DNA from: Lytechinus pictus
Lineage: Eukaryota
Assembly (NCBI RefSeq): GCF_037042905.1
Contig: NC_087259.1
Span: 9,796,001 to 9,860,000 of the forward strand
Length of the DNA: 64,000 bases
Reading direction: 5' to 3'
In this document: positions 38,201 to 49,400 of the stretch, piece by piece
Position numbering within the stretch: the stretch's first letter is position 1
Layout: each line of letters starts with the position of its first letter
Translations under genes and position numbers: made by a program
The notes under the pieces: model-generated
The model's database searches: none
Seen by the model: the letters and a program-made list of their open reading frames with translations, nothing else
What the model was told of the DNA's origin: nothing

Positions 38201-41200
38201 GTACGAGAGGCGTGATTGGCCCTCCCACGTGAAGCTCCACTTGCATGCAAAACCTGTTGCGAGGGTACGTTTTCTCCACATTGTCACTGAATACTTCGAT
38301 CACGAAATGAAAGAAAACCCAGAATTTTATCTAGATTTGGATTTTCAAATTGATGATTTTGAAGATGAAGAGAATGATGATGAAGTGCACAAAGTGACGT
38401 AGTTGGGGGTAAATTGGGGGAATCGATGATGAGGAGTCGGACAATTCAACTTGCAACACGATCACATGCCGATTCGCTACCAACTCATGCAGCTGCTAAG
38501 TGCTAGCTGCACCGCGCGTGCCAAATTGAATTCACGAAAATGACTTACCACACTGTCCAGACAGAGTCTCTTACTTCTGTGACTATGAAGAAGGAAAATA
38601 ATGATAAAACTGTACTTACAAATAAGTGAATGTAATCCGAACCTGAAGGCAAATCAACTCAACGAATAGCAGCAGACGATATGCACCGATGATAAACTTC
38701 ATGTGGCTGGGATAGATTGTCACTCGTTCTGTTAGATGTAATTTTTATCTCATTAATTTGACAAAATTACGAAACTCGGGGAATTATTTATCTATATAAA
38801 AATATAGTAACATCTCGTATAATTTTTAAATTACGATAAAACGTTTTTTGAAGGAAAACGTTGAGGTAAAATTAAATTAGACGTAAAAGATCCCCAACAT
38901 GCGTAGCTTGATTGAGAGCTGTGCAACACGTGCATAGATCTACTCTCTCAGCCACTGGCGAGCAAGCAATACGGCATGTTTGTGATTTTGATTACGATCA
39001 CATATACGAGCTTTTAAAAGGTTTTATCGTAATTTAAAAAATAATACGAGATGTTACTATATTTTTATATAGATAAATAATTCCCCGAGTTTCGTAATTT
39101 TGTGAAATTAATGAGATAAAAATTACATCTAACAGAACGAGTGACAATCTATCCCAGCCACATGAAGTTTATCGTCGGTGCATATCGTCTGCTGCTATTC
39201 GTTGAGTTGCCTTCAGGTTCGGATTACATTCACTTGTTTGTAAGTACAGTTTTATAATTATTTTCCTTCTTCATAGTCACAGAGGTAAGAGACTCTGTCT
39301 GGACAGTGTGGTAATTCATTTTCATGAATTCAATTTGGCCCGCGCGGTGTAGCTAGCACTTAGCAGCTGCATGAGTTAGGTAGCGAATCGGCATGTGATC
39401 GTGTTGCAAGTTGAATTGTCTGACATCATCGGCGTAATTCCCCAATTTTACCTCCAACTACGTCACTTTGTTGTTCATTTCATCATCATTCTCTTCATCT
39501 TCAAAATCATCAATTTGAAAATCCAAATCTAGATAAAATTCTGGGTTTTCTTTCATTTCGTGATCGAAGTATTCAGTGACAGTGTGGAGAAAACGTACCC
39601 TGGCATTAGGTTTTGCATGCAAGTGGAGCTTCACGTGGGAGAGCCAGTACGCATCTCGTACAGAAAGTGACGTCATTAAATTCAAGTCAATTCAGAGACC
39701 GATGCGAGGCATATTTCGGAGAGGCATTTTGAGCGTTTTTTAATCGGCGATTTTCACCTTATGTATTATTTTCGTTATTTTTGAATGACCCACTGATAAT
39801 CCCCACATCATTACCTTTCCATTGACATATAATAAGACCACATTCATAATCAATATAGTTCTCCTTTAATATCATCCCAACGTGTTAAATTGATTTTAAG
39901 TGCAATTTTAACACTCGTGTCGCATGGAGACATTCTTAACGCGTATGAGACTTTCATATGGTTGTGCTACACAAACAGCGAAAGTGGACTGTTCTCAAAG
40001 CCGACGTCGGAATTTTGTGTATCACCAATTTTTCTTCTTGTTGTTGTTCCTTTATTTTATTTTATTTTATTTTTATTTTTTTTTATTGCTGGACTGACGC
40101 CGCCTCGGACTGAGTCCACATTTGGAAGTTGTTTGAAGGCGCCTTTAGTTCTACAGTTGGTATGTGTATCACCTCCAAGTGGACTCATGTCGGCTTTGAT
40201 CACTGAACTAGAAATAGCAAACAACAGTTATTGCTAACGAAATATGGAAAATGTTGGCGTGAAAAGAACGGCGACTCGTGTCACGTAAATAGGCGTCATC
40301 GGGGCCTGCTTTACGTGCATCAGGGAATATTGATCTCGAAGCGGCTTATTGTGTCCACTTTCGGCGTAAGTGTAACGCCACCAACAGTGCAGGCGCGAAG
40401 GTGGCTTGATAGGCGGGGTCGGAGACGGCTTGAAACCAGGCGAATGTGTATCAGCGGCCGTAGTGACCTACATATAGAGCTTCTTAAACTGACGCCAGCA
40501 TTGTTACGTGTCTTTTTATTATTTTTCCAGGGTTTTTTTTTTTGCATTTCATTGATTTTGATTTTAGACCTTGAGATCCCATGAGCTTCGAAGAGCGATC
40601 CGATCTTTCCTTACTGAAACTCTAAACCGTGATCTGCATAAAATCTGATTTTCGGTTTAATTCGATCCGATTTTCATTTAATTCTCAAAATCCCTTCATT
40701 GTTCATGCTACAAACAGCTCGGGTCTTATCTATATGTCGCTGCTTAGCCTCTTTTCCCGGCCGCGATTTTTCTTTTGTCGAGACTTGTGCACCCGATGCG
40801 AGTGGGTTTATTTAATCAGACTACGCCTCATGAATATTCATGGCTCGACTCGATTGGTGTGGCTCAATCAGTAAACCAATCCTGCAGTCGGTCTCAAGGA
40901 CGCAGGTTCGAGTCTCGAATGGAACGCCTTTTCACAGTTTTTGTTTTCATTAAAAGAAAATAAAAAGTCCAAGATTTGTGGTCTGATTCAAAGCCCATAC
41001 GAAACAGCCTATTATTATCGTCATTCCCACTGCCCTCTCGCGTCGGGTGCACAAGTACTGATGAAGAAAAAAAAATCGCATCCCGACTCCTTTTCGCCTT
41101 CTGCATACACTTGACGTCATGCCCTGGAACATCTCCATCTTAACATTTCCTTTGCATTTTCTCGGGATTAATTATTTATCGATACGATAATTTCAGTTTG

Positions 41201-44200
41201 GTGATAATTATTTAGCTATACGTATATATACAAAGTACTAGGCGTGCTGCAACGCTTTTAGAATGGGGGAACGAAGCTATAGGGGGCCGGGGGGGGGGGG
41301 CTTTCTGATGAAGTATAATATTTGCGTTTAGAGAGCATTTATAATAATTTTCTTTGGATTTAACCTTACTTAAAATTCACTGCGAAGAACTATTATCGTA
41401 TCTGACGAAAACTGTTCATTTTACTAAGTACGCACAGAGCGAGCGATCGTTAATGAGCTCTCAGAGTCTATCCGATTAGAAACTAATGTTTACATCAAAA
41501 TGATATCTCAGTTATACTTTCCTACCGTTTTGAGGGCGTTCCACGGTAAGAATGAGGTCCATGCCATTTTCATCAAATTCGACAGAGAGTAAAGATTAGA
41601 ACCTAAATATTCCATGAATAAAAAAGATAACACGAGTACACGTGCTTGATTTTTGTTTCTTTATTTCTTGCTATCGAGCTCTGAGGTTCACCCAATTGAG
41701 AGTTCTCGAGAATTACCCAATCAAAATAACTGGGCATATTTTTACACCTCACGAGATCACAAGGTTGAGTTTAAACCTCTATTACTCTAGTTAAAATCCA
41801 TTTGAATCTCATCACATTTTACAGTTCAGGATTGTATACCAAAGATGGCAAATCCATTTAATAATATTCATTTGCCATGTTCGCTCTTTTAAGGCTAGCA
41901 GCACCTTTATTTACGAAAAAAAATAGGTGAAAGATAACAAAAATACATCCTAAATATTCGAAATTTCTATAACGAATTAAAGAAGTACAATTAATGCTGC
42001 ACCTTCTTGAAAAACAATGCCATTTTCACCAAAAATTTGCAAAGTTCATGTGCTTGTTTGAATCACCTGTTCATTCATTGTGACATCATTGCGCATTGTG
42101 TGAAATGTGCATTCCCAGTCAGGATCGTTGCCCCCCCCCCCCGAAATTTTGAAAACTGAAAACAGTATAGTAAATGATGCCATAAGTATCCTACTCAAGA
42201 TGTAAAGTGCTCCAAAGCAGCATTTTTATCTCTTCAAATTTTAAAATGTACCCATCCGGTCACTGTTGGCTTCCAACACTATTTGTCACTAAGTCTACAT
42301 TGACTTGAATTATCTGACTATTATGTGCATCATTTGAGCTTAAAACTGCTTTATAATGCAATGTTTTACCATTGAAAAATAATACAATTTTCTAGCTATA
42401 CAACACCGCTTCCTCGTAGACATGGTAGATAAGCAATTTAATTTTTTTTTACTAGCTATGAGGTACCACAAATTCCTGTTTCCCTGATTTATATACTTAT
42501 CTAATTTTCAAAAAAAAAGAAAACGGATACATCTACAATACTATTTTTTTTTCTAAAAGCACACAACTTTTTTTAGATAGAAATAATCCTCACTCCGTCT
42601 AATAGAATTATTCCTGTCCCTAAAAAATATATTTGTTTGTTATGTATGAAAAAATAAAATATGAAAAGAAGACAGATATTAATTAGAAATGAGTTAATTC
42701 GGTTGTTTTCAAGGGGGTGGGATCCAGAGCGCTTCGCCTCTCCCCAATTGGCGGTGCCAAACAGTGAATGAGAGGAAGAAGAAAAGGAAGATAAGGAGTA
42801 AGAACAGTAAATGAAATAAAGGGAGGGGAATGATTGGAAATTGGATATATTTTTTCGCGTTAATATATAAAAATCAAAATTTCGCGCGCGCAGTGGCTGA
42901 TGTTGAATGATATAAATAAAAGGTCTGCTCAATAGGCCGGATAAAACGGAGCTTACTTATAAATCAAATTAAGCAAAAAATCATACACAAATGATTCTTC
43001 TCGCGTCTCGAGTTTGCATTATTTGTTTTTAGCGTAATGCGCATCCTGCACTATTTTATTCATATTTACAAAATAGTTACAAAATTTTCAGCTCGCGCTA
43101 CGCACTGGCATCAGCTGTTTAGTTAGATACCCTGTTCATGGTTACTAAAAACGTTCGGAAAGTCCAGCTATTATCTCAGAATATCAACAATTTTTAGCCC
43201 ACGCGTCGCACTCGCATTATTTATTTGGTAAGATATTATTTTCATTATTCACTGCAAACAGTCATTAACATGTTTCTTTTCAGGTCAGTATATCAACAAT
43301 TTGAGCTCCTGCTTCGCTCTCGACTTTTTGAACATGCAAAAAAAATTCGTGTCCGCCTTTGCCACTCTCTAAATATTCTTCTGCCCCACTTGCCTCTCCC
43401 CTAGTTCATATTATAAAAAAAAATCCTGGTGTTGCCACAGTATATCTCTTTGTATCAACGATTTACACGCTTTTCACATTCGTAGTTATTGAATTCAACA
43501 ATCGTAATAATTGTATATTACCCAGTTGTTGTGTGTCCGGACAGGTTGTGTGTCCGGACGATCAATTTTAGAAAGTCATTCGGAAAAAAATACAAGCGAA
43601 GTTTCATCAATTTTTAGTACAAAATGTTAGGAAATATTATAGAGAACAAAATAGTAGATGATTACAACTATTGAATTCACATTTTTAGTGTAATCCAAAG
43701 ACAAAAAAGAAGGCTTCAAAAATATAGTGTCCGGACACCCGACCCCCATCCTACTGTATATGCTAATAAATGGATATAGTTCTTCGATGATTATATATCA
43801 TGTTTATACCTTAATAATCAGTATCAATGCGTAATTATATATAGATTCAATGATCCCTCCAGACTACATGTAGCGTGCAAAGAGTCACACATTTCCATTT
43901 CGGTCTATTCTTAATTGTCACGAGCCTAATTGCAACATGAACGCACAAGATATTTATTCTACCGATATTTTATTTCTTACAAACAGGTTATTTACAAAAG
44001 AGTATTCATATGATTCGCCATTAACACTAAGGAATGGCTAGCACCGATCATCCTATTCCAATATGGTGAAGAAATATCACTGAACATTTGGAGCTACTTG
44101 TCTGGCGGAAGAATTAGAAATATTTTATTGTTCAGGTGATGAATTTGATCCCGTCAGGAGATGTCGTCATAAAAGTCGAATTCGTTTTTTTTTTAATGAA

Positions 44201-45465
44201 CGGGTCGAGGTACCTTTTTCTGGTCGAATATGGAACGTCAGATATGTAGCCTATCCACTGGTAATAAATTCTAGACCGTCTCATATCAGTATTATTTTAA
44301 TGATTTTTTAATGTGCCGTTTTATCACACGGGTCTAAGAAATATTATTTGCACGAGTGGCACCGATTGTTTGTCTCCTCGGTCCGAAGTGCATAAACTAG
44401 TATATTTGTTTCATTTATTGGTTTCTGCAACACTTTTCATAAACACATTAACAAAGAAAATACAATAATAATATATGCATAACTGACAAGCAAAACATTG
44501 AACAAATTTGCATTTTCTATTAATACATATCGATTTTAGAAGGTTGCAGGGGTTGCCACTATAAGCTAAGATTGACTGCGTGGCAACCACACACATTAAT
44601 CACGTTGTTTAAACACGCCACTCTAACAACTATAGTTAAAAGTTCTAAGCAGGTTATTTAAAGTTATTAACAATTTGTCTTAAAAATTTCCAAAAAATAA
44701 TCATTAAAAAATTTAAACAACTTGATAGAGTGGTGGGGTTAAACAATGTGATTAATAATAGTTAATAAAATTTAATGCGTAAATTATATAGCGTTATCAT
44801 TGAGGCTCATCAAAAGAGTATTAAAGAGCACTCGTGACGTCGTCATTTCATTTTAATGTAGGGCCTACACTTTAGATGTAACAGTCTTACAAGTTGTAAG
44901 ATTGTTGAATCAAAAGTGTGCAATAAAACAAAATTCATGATGAGGGACGTAATATGAAATAAATAGTTCAGAGTTCATTGAACCATAATATCTCATCACT
45001 AGTCTTGGTTAAGTATTATTCGTTGTATGTCCACTTTGATATATCATTACCATTATTCAAACTTCATATCAAATCACTTGATAATATACATAATTAAAAG
45101 GAAAAATGTCAAACTAGCTTGAGAATGACTCGGCGCACGTTAGTAAACAATCTTTAATTTCCGACATAAAAAAAAGTTCTGACATAATATGTACACTAAA
45201 AGAAACCATCCCTAATGTCATATTAGACAGCTTTAAGATGATTTTGGGGATCAGAATGGCTTCGGATGAGACTCTGCTTGTCTTAGAAACGGGGGTATAA
45301 TGAAGAAGGTGGGATCGACAAGGGAATGTAGTCTGAGCGACACTGACTCACCTTCAGTACAACTATGTAATGGTCTTTAATTGCCTCTTCCACCGTGTAG
45401 AATGTTGCATTTTTAGCACTTGTGGCTACCACTAAAGCTGACAAAATTACGACAATCAACTTCAT
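23150..45465 (-). CDS. Secreted proteinase K-family subtilase (peptidase S8A with I9 propeptide), left copy, 8 exons, 383 aa
   Basis: join(45465-45352, 35640-35500, 34972-34843, 29008-28893, 27613-27472, 25941-25751, 24055-23884, 23295-23150) = 1152 nt. All introns are GT-AG, with consistent phases 0,0,1,0,1,0,1. Motifs: signal peptide, [22 protein letters not shown] (Asp), GHGTHCAG (His), SGTS (Ser). Confidence 0.92.
23884..24055 (-). CDS. Subtilase left copy exon 7 (catalytic Ser)
   Basis: tttag|...|gtgagt; [57 protein letters not shown](G). Confidence 0.92.
24504..25091. mobile_element. TTAA-flanked (Kolobok-like) MITE
   Basis: TTAA|AGGAGAATGAAAC...GTTTCATTCTCCT|TTAA with ~190-bp imperfect TIRs. 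Confidence 0.8.
25503..25710. mobile_element. Harbinger-like palindromic MITE
   Basis: GGGGTGTTTCACAAAGAT...ATCTTTGTGAAACACCCC. Confidence 0.7.
25751..25941 (-). CDS. Subtilase left copy exon 6 (oxyanion Asn)
   Basis: tttcag|...|gttggt; (A)[63 protein letters not shown]. Confidence 0.92.
27472..27613 (-). CDS. Subtilase left copy exon 5 (catalytic His)
   Basis: ttttag|...|gtacat; [47 protein letters not shown]. Not in the ORF track; translated by hand. Confidence 0.92.
27745..28026 (-). mobile_element. tRNA-derived SINE
   Basis: On the minus strand: A box TGGTCTAGTGG, B box GGTTCGATTCC, core TTCAGCAAGAAATTTACCC...AATGGGTACC and an (ATT)n tail; homologous to 52580-52876. Confidence 0.8.
28720..28876. 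mobile_element. ~160-bp ATAGAC...GTCTAT MITE just downstream of exon 4 (left copy)
   Basis: Inverted copy of 29134-29301; carries TGACGTCATATGCATA. Confidence 0.7.
28893..29008 (-). CDS. Subtilase left copy exon 4 (catalytic Asp)
   Basis: catacag|...|gtaagt; (G)[38 protein letters not shown]. Confidence 0.92.
29134..29301. mobile_element. ~160-bp ATAGAC...GTCTAT MITE upstream of exon 4 (left copy)
   Basis: Short TIRs containing TGACGTCA; matching copy at 61537-61707. Confidence 0.75.
29700..29867 (-). mobile_element. tRNA-derived SINE (second family)
   Basis: Minus strand GGAGGTGTCGTGGCCGATTGGTCTAAGG...GGTTCGATCCC...GCCCCTGAGCAAGGCA. Confidence 0.7.
30314..30714. mobile_element. TTAAAG...CTTTAA-bounded element
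   Basis: Bounded by TTAA at both ends; its right end is related (inverted) to a fragment at ~24064-24217. Confidence 0.55.
30719..31294. mobile_element. TTAA-flanked (Kolobok-like) MITE
   Basis: TTAA|AGGGATGGTCCG...CGGACCATCCCT|TTAA; same family as ~34035-34804. Confidence 0.85.
31628..32032. mobile_element. Palindromic MITE built of ~20-bp TAGACCAAATGG/TTCGTCTA subrepeats
   Basis: CGGTAAATTGCCAGTTCGTC ... GACGAATTGGAGATAAACCG; related arrays at ~59930-60570. Confidence 0.6.
34035..34804. mobile_element. Kolobok-like MITE with a nested CAGGGGC...GCCCCTG element (~34223-34402)
   Basis: AGGGATGGTCCGG...CTGGACCATCCCT|TTAA; the insertion interrupts GGGCTGATGATGTCACATCCC, which is intact in the 30719 copy. 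Confidence 0.8.
34843..34972 (-). CDS. Subtilase left copy exon 3 (propeptide/mature junction)
   Basis: taatag|...|gtattt; [43 protein letters not shown](G). Confidence 0.92.
35500..35640 (-). CDS. Subtilase left copy exon 2 (I9 propeptide)
   Basis: atgcag|...|gtataa; [47 protein letters not shown]. Confidence 0.9.
36327..37815. mobile_element. hAT-like element (CAGTGGCGTAAC...TGACGCCATTG), left arm only
   Basis: Inverted termini, a purine-rich tract and GCTCGCTTCGCTCGC repeats; absent from the mirrored position (~55690); no intact TSD. Confidence 0.6.
37997..39865. mobile_element. 1.87-kb TTAA-flanked (Kolobok-like) element with an internal ~660-bp inverted repeat, left arm only
   Basis: TTAA|AGGAGAAATATATTGA...TCAATATAGTTCTCCT|TTAA. 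The empty site GATGATATTAAAGGGAC is at ~52479-52495 in the other arm. Internal arms 38187-38850 / 39015-39676. Confidence 0.88.
45352..45465 (-). CDS. Subtilase left copy exon 1 (signal peptide and start of I9)
   Basis: [38 protein letters not shown]|gtgagt. Confidence 0.9.
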
Positions 45466-46323
45466 CTTGCTTCTTCGCTGTTCGATCCTTGCTCGCCAAA
45501 GACGATTTAAAATCTTGCTCATGAACAATCTATATTTATGCGTGAAAGTTTTAGCGGTATCACTGACTAAAGGTATAATCCAAGTGTTACAAAAAGAATT
45601 ACAAACCTGGCACAATTCGAATCGGCTTTCACGCATCGGTGGGAGCTAATGATCGGTAAACCCCCTATCCGCATGATCCGCCAGAAGTGTTATTATCCAT
45701 TTTATTCTACATTTATCAATTCTGTATCAATTTTGATCCATAAGTTTCTTATGGATCGATAATCCTAAGGAAATGACACTCGCATGATTGTTTTGGACAA
45801 ATCTCAGATCAGATTACATTAAGATTTAAAAAACGGCTTAAACGAAGGATTGATCTATATTCACCTTTGCTCTTTGGATTTCCAATGTCTGCCGAGGACT
45901 TTGTCCCATTTTGTAGAGCACTGTTCTTTGTCACTTTTCTGACAGACCATTCAATGTAAGCTGCTTTTAATCTTAATGTGATATGATCTGAGATTATTCC
46001 AAGATAATCTTGCAAGACCGATTTATCGATTTCCCTTATAAAAAAACAACTTATGGCCCAAATTAAATACAAAATTGATAAATGTATAATAAAATGGATA
46101 AGAACATGCACTCCTGTCGGGTAGGGGGGGGTCACCGATCATTAGCTCCCACCAATGCGTGAAAGCCGATTCGAATTGTGCCAGGTTTGTAATTCTTTTT
46201 GTAACACTGGGATTATCTTTAGTCAGTGACACCGCTGAAACTTTCACGCATAAATATAGATTGTTCATGAGCAAGATTTTAAATCGTCTTTGGCGAGCAA
46301 GGATCGAACAGCGAAGAAGCACG
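45466..46323. promoter_or_regulatory. Shared bidirectional promoter/5' region of the two subtilase genes
   Basis: 858 bp lie between the divergent ATGs, with mirrored TATA-like CATAAATA at 46249-46256 (+) and 45533-45540 (-), ~70 nt upstream of each ATG. Confidence 0.6.
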
Positions 46324-46437
46324 ATGAAGTTGATTGTCGTAATTTTGTCAGCTTTAGTGGTAGCCACAAGTGCTAAAAATGCAACATTCTACACGGTGGA
46401 AGAGGCAATTAAAGACCATTACATAGTTGTACTGAAG
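46324..46437 (+). CDS. Subtilase right copy exon 1
   Basis: The 114-nt CDS is identical to the reverse complement of 45352-45465; donor gtgagt. Confidence 0.9.
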
Positions 46438-49400
46438 GTGAGTCAGTGTCGCTCAGACTACATTCCCTTGTCGATCCCACCTTCTTCATTATGCCCCCGT
46501 TTCTAAGACAAGCAGAGTCTCATCCGAAGCCATTCTGATCCCTAAAATCATCTTAAGGCTGTCTGATATGACATTAGGGATGGTTTCTTTTAGTGTACAT
46601 ATTATGTCAGAACTTGTTTTTATGTCGGAACTTAAAGATTGTTTACTAACGTGCGCCGAGTCATTCTCAAGCTAGTTTGACATTTTCCCTTTTAATTATG
46701 TATATTATCAAGTGATTTGATATGAAGTTTGAATAATGATAATAATATACCAAAGTGAACATACAATGAATGATACTTAACTAAGACTAGTGATGAGATA
46801 TTATGGTTCAATGAACTCTGAACTTAGTTCAGAGTTCTTTATTTCATATTACGTCCCTCATCATGAATTTTGTTTTATTGCACACTTTTGATGCAACAAT
46901 CTTACAACTTGTAAGACTGTTACATCTAAAGTGTAGGCCCTACATTAAAAGGAAATGACGACGTCACGAGTACTCTTTAATACTTTTTTGATGAGCCTCA
47001 ATGATTTTAAGCAAACGCTATATAATTTACGCATTAAATTTTATTAACTATAATTAATCACATTGTTTAACCCCACCACTCTATCAAGTTGTTTAAATTG
47101 TTAAATGATTGTTATTTCTTGTAAATTGTTTTTAAGACAAATTGTTAATAACTTTAAATAACCTGTTTAGAACTTTTAACAATAGTTGTTAGAGTGGCGT
47201 GTTTAAACAACGTGATTAATGTGTGGGGTTGCCACGCAGAAAATGCAAATTTGTTCAATGTTTTGCTTGTCAGTTATGCATATATTATTATTGTTTTTTC
47301 TTTGTTAATGTGTTTATGAAAAGTGTTGCAGAAATCAATAAATGAAACAAATATACTAGTTTATGCGCCTCGGACCAAGGAGACAATCAATCAGTGCCAC
47401 TCGTGCAAATAATATTTCTTAGACCCGTGTAATAAAACGGCACATTAAAAAGTCATTAAAATAATGCTGAAATTAGACGGTCTAATATTTATTACCAGTG
47501 GATAGGCTACATATCTGACGTTCCATATTCGACCAGAAAAAGGTACATCGACCCGCTCATTAAAGAAAAAACGAATTCGACGTTTATGAAGATATCTCCT
47601 GACGGGAGCAAATTCATCACCTGAACAATAAAATATTTCTAATTCTTCCGCCAGACAAGTAGCTCCAAATGTTCAGTAAATATTTCTTCACCATATTGGA
47701 ATAGGATGATCGGTGCTTGCCATTCCTTAGTGTTGATGGCGAATCATATGAATACTCTTTTGTAAATAACCTGTTTGTAAGAAATAAAATATCGGTAGAA
47801 TATAAATATCTTGTGCGTTCATGTTGCAATTAGGCTCGTGACAATTAAGAATAGACCGAAATGGAAATGTGTGACTCTTTGCACGCTACATGAAGTCTGG
47901 AGAGATCATTGAATCTATAATTACGCATTGATACTGATTATTAAGGTATAAACATGATATATAATCATCGAAGAACTATATCAATTTATTAACATACACA
48001 GTATAGGTTAGAGGGGGAAATTTATATACAATTATTGCGATTGTTGAATTCAATAACTACGAATGTGAAAAGCGTATCAATCGTTGATACAAAGAGATAT
48101 ACTGTGGCAACACCAGGATTTGTTTTATAATATGAACTAGGGGAGAGGCAAGTGGGGGCAGAAGAATATTTAGGGAGTGGCAAAGGCGGACACGAATTTT
48201 TTTGCATGTTTCACAAAGTCGGGAGCGAAGCATGAGCTCAAATTGTTAATATACTGACCTGAAAAGGAACCTGTTAATGACTGTTTGCAGTGAATCATGA
48301 AAGTAATATCTTACCAAATAAATAATGCGAGTGCGACGCGTGAGCTGAAAATTGTTGATATTCCGAGATAATAGCTGGACTTTCCGAACGTTTTCAGTAA
48401 CCATGAACAGGGTATCTAACTTAACAGCTGATGCCAGTGCGTAGCGCGAGCTGAAAATTTTGTAACTATTTTGTAAATATGAATAAAATAGTGCAGGATG
48501 CGTATAACGCTAAAACAAATAATGCAAACTCGAGACGCGAGAAGAATCATTTGTGTGTAATTATTTTTTTTTTTAATGGATTTATAAGTAAGCTCAGTTT
48601 TATCCGGCCTATTGAGCAGACCTTTTATTTATCTCATTAAACATCAGCCACTGCGCGCGCGAAATTTTGATTTTTATATATTTACGCGAAAAATATATCC
48701 AATTTCCAACCATTCCCCTCCCTTTATTTCATTTACTGTTCTTACTCCTTATCTTTCCTTTTCTTCTTCCTCTCATTCACTGTTTGGCGCCACCAATTGG
48801 GGAGAGGCGGAGCGCTCTGGATCCCATGCACCCCCTTGAAAACAACAGAATTAACTCATTTCTAATTAATATCTGTCTTCTTTTTATATTTTATTTTTTT
48901 CATACATAATAAACAAATATATTTTTTAGGGACAGGAATAATTCTATTAGACGGAGTGAGGATTATTCCTATCTAAAAAAAGTTGTGTGCTTTTACAAAA
49001 AAAACATAGTCTTGAAGATGTATCCGTTTTCTTTTTTGAAAGTTAGATAAGTAGATAAATCAGGGAAATAGGAATTTGTGGTACCTCATAGCTAGTAAAA
49101 AAAATTAAATTGCTTATCTACCATGCCTACGAGGAAGCGGTGCTGTATATAGAAAATTGTATTATTTTTTTTATGGTAAAACATTGCATTGTAAAGCAGT
49201 TTTAAGCTCAAATGATGCACATAATAGTCAGATAAATCAAGTCAATGTAGACTTAGTGACAAATAGTGTTGGAAGCCAACAGTGACCGGATGGGTACATT
49301 TTAAAATTTGAAGAGACAAAAATGCTGTTTTGGAGCACTTTACATCTTGAGCAGGATGCTTATGGCAGCATTTACTATATTGTTTTCAGTTTTCAAAATT

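Noticed and set aside
45283-46506. 115-117-aa ORFs (45283-45636, 46159-46506) as complete genes
   Set aside because: Only the 38-codon MKLIVV...VVLK part is exon; the rest is 5' flank or intron read-through past a gtgagt donor.
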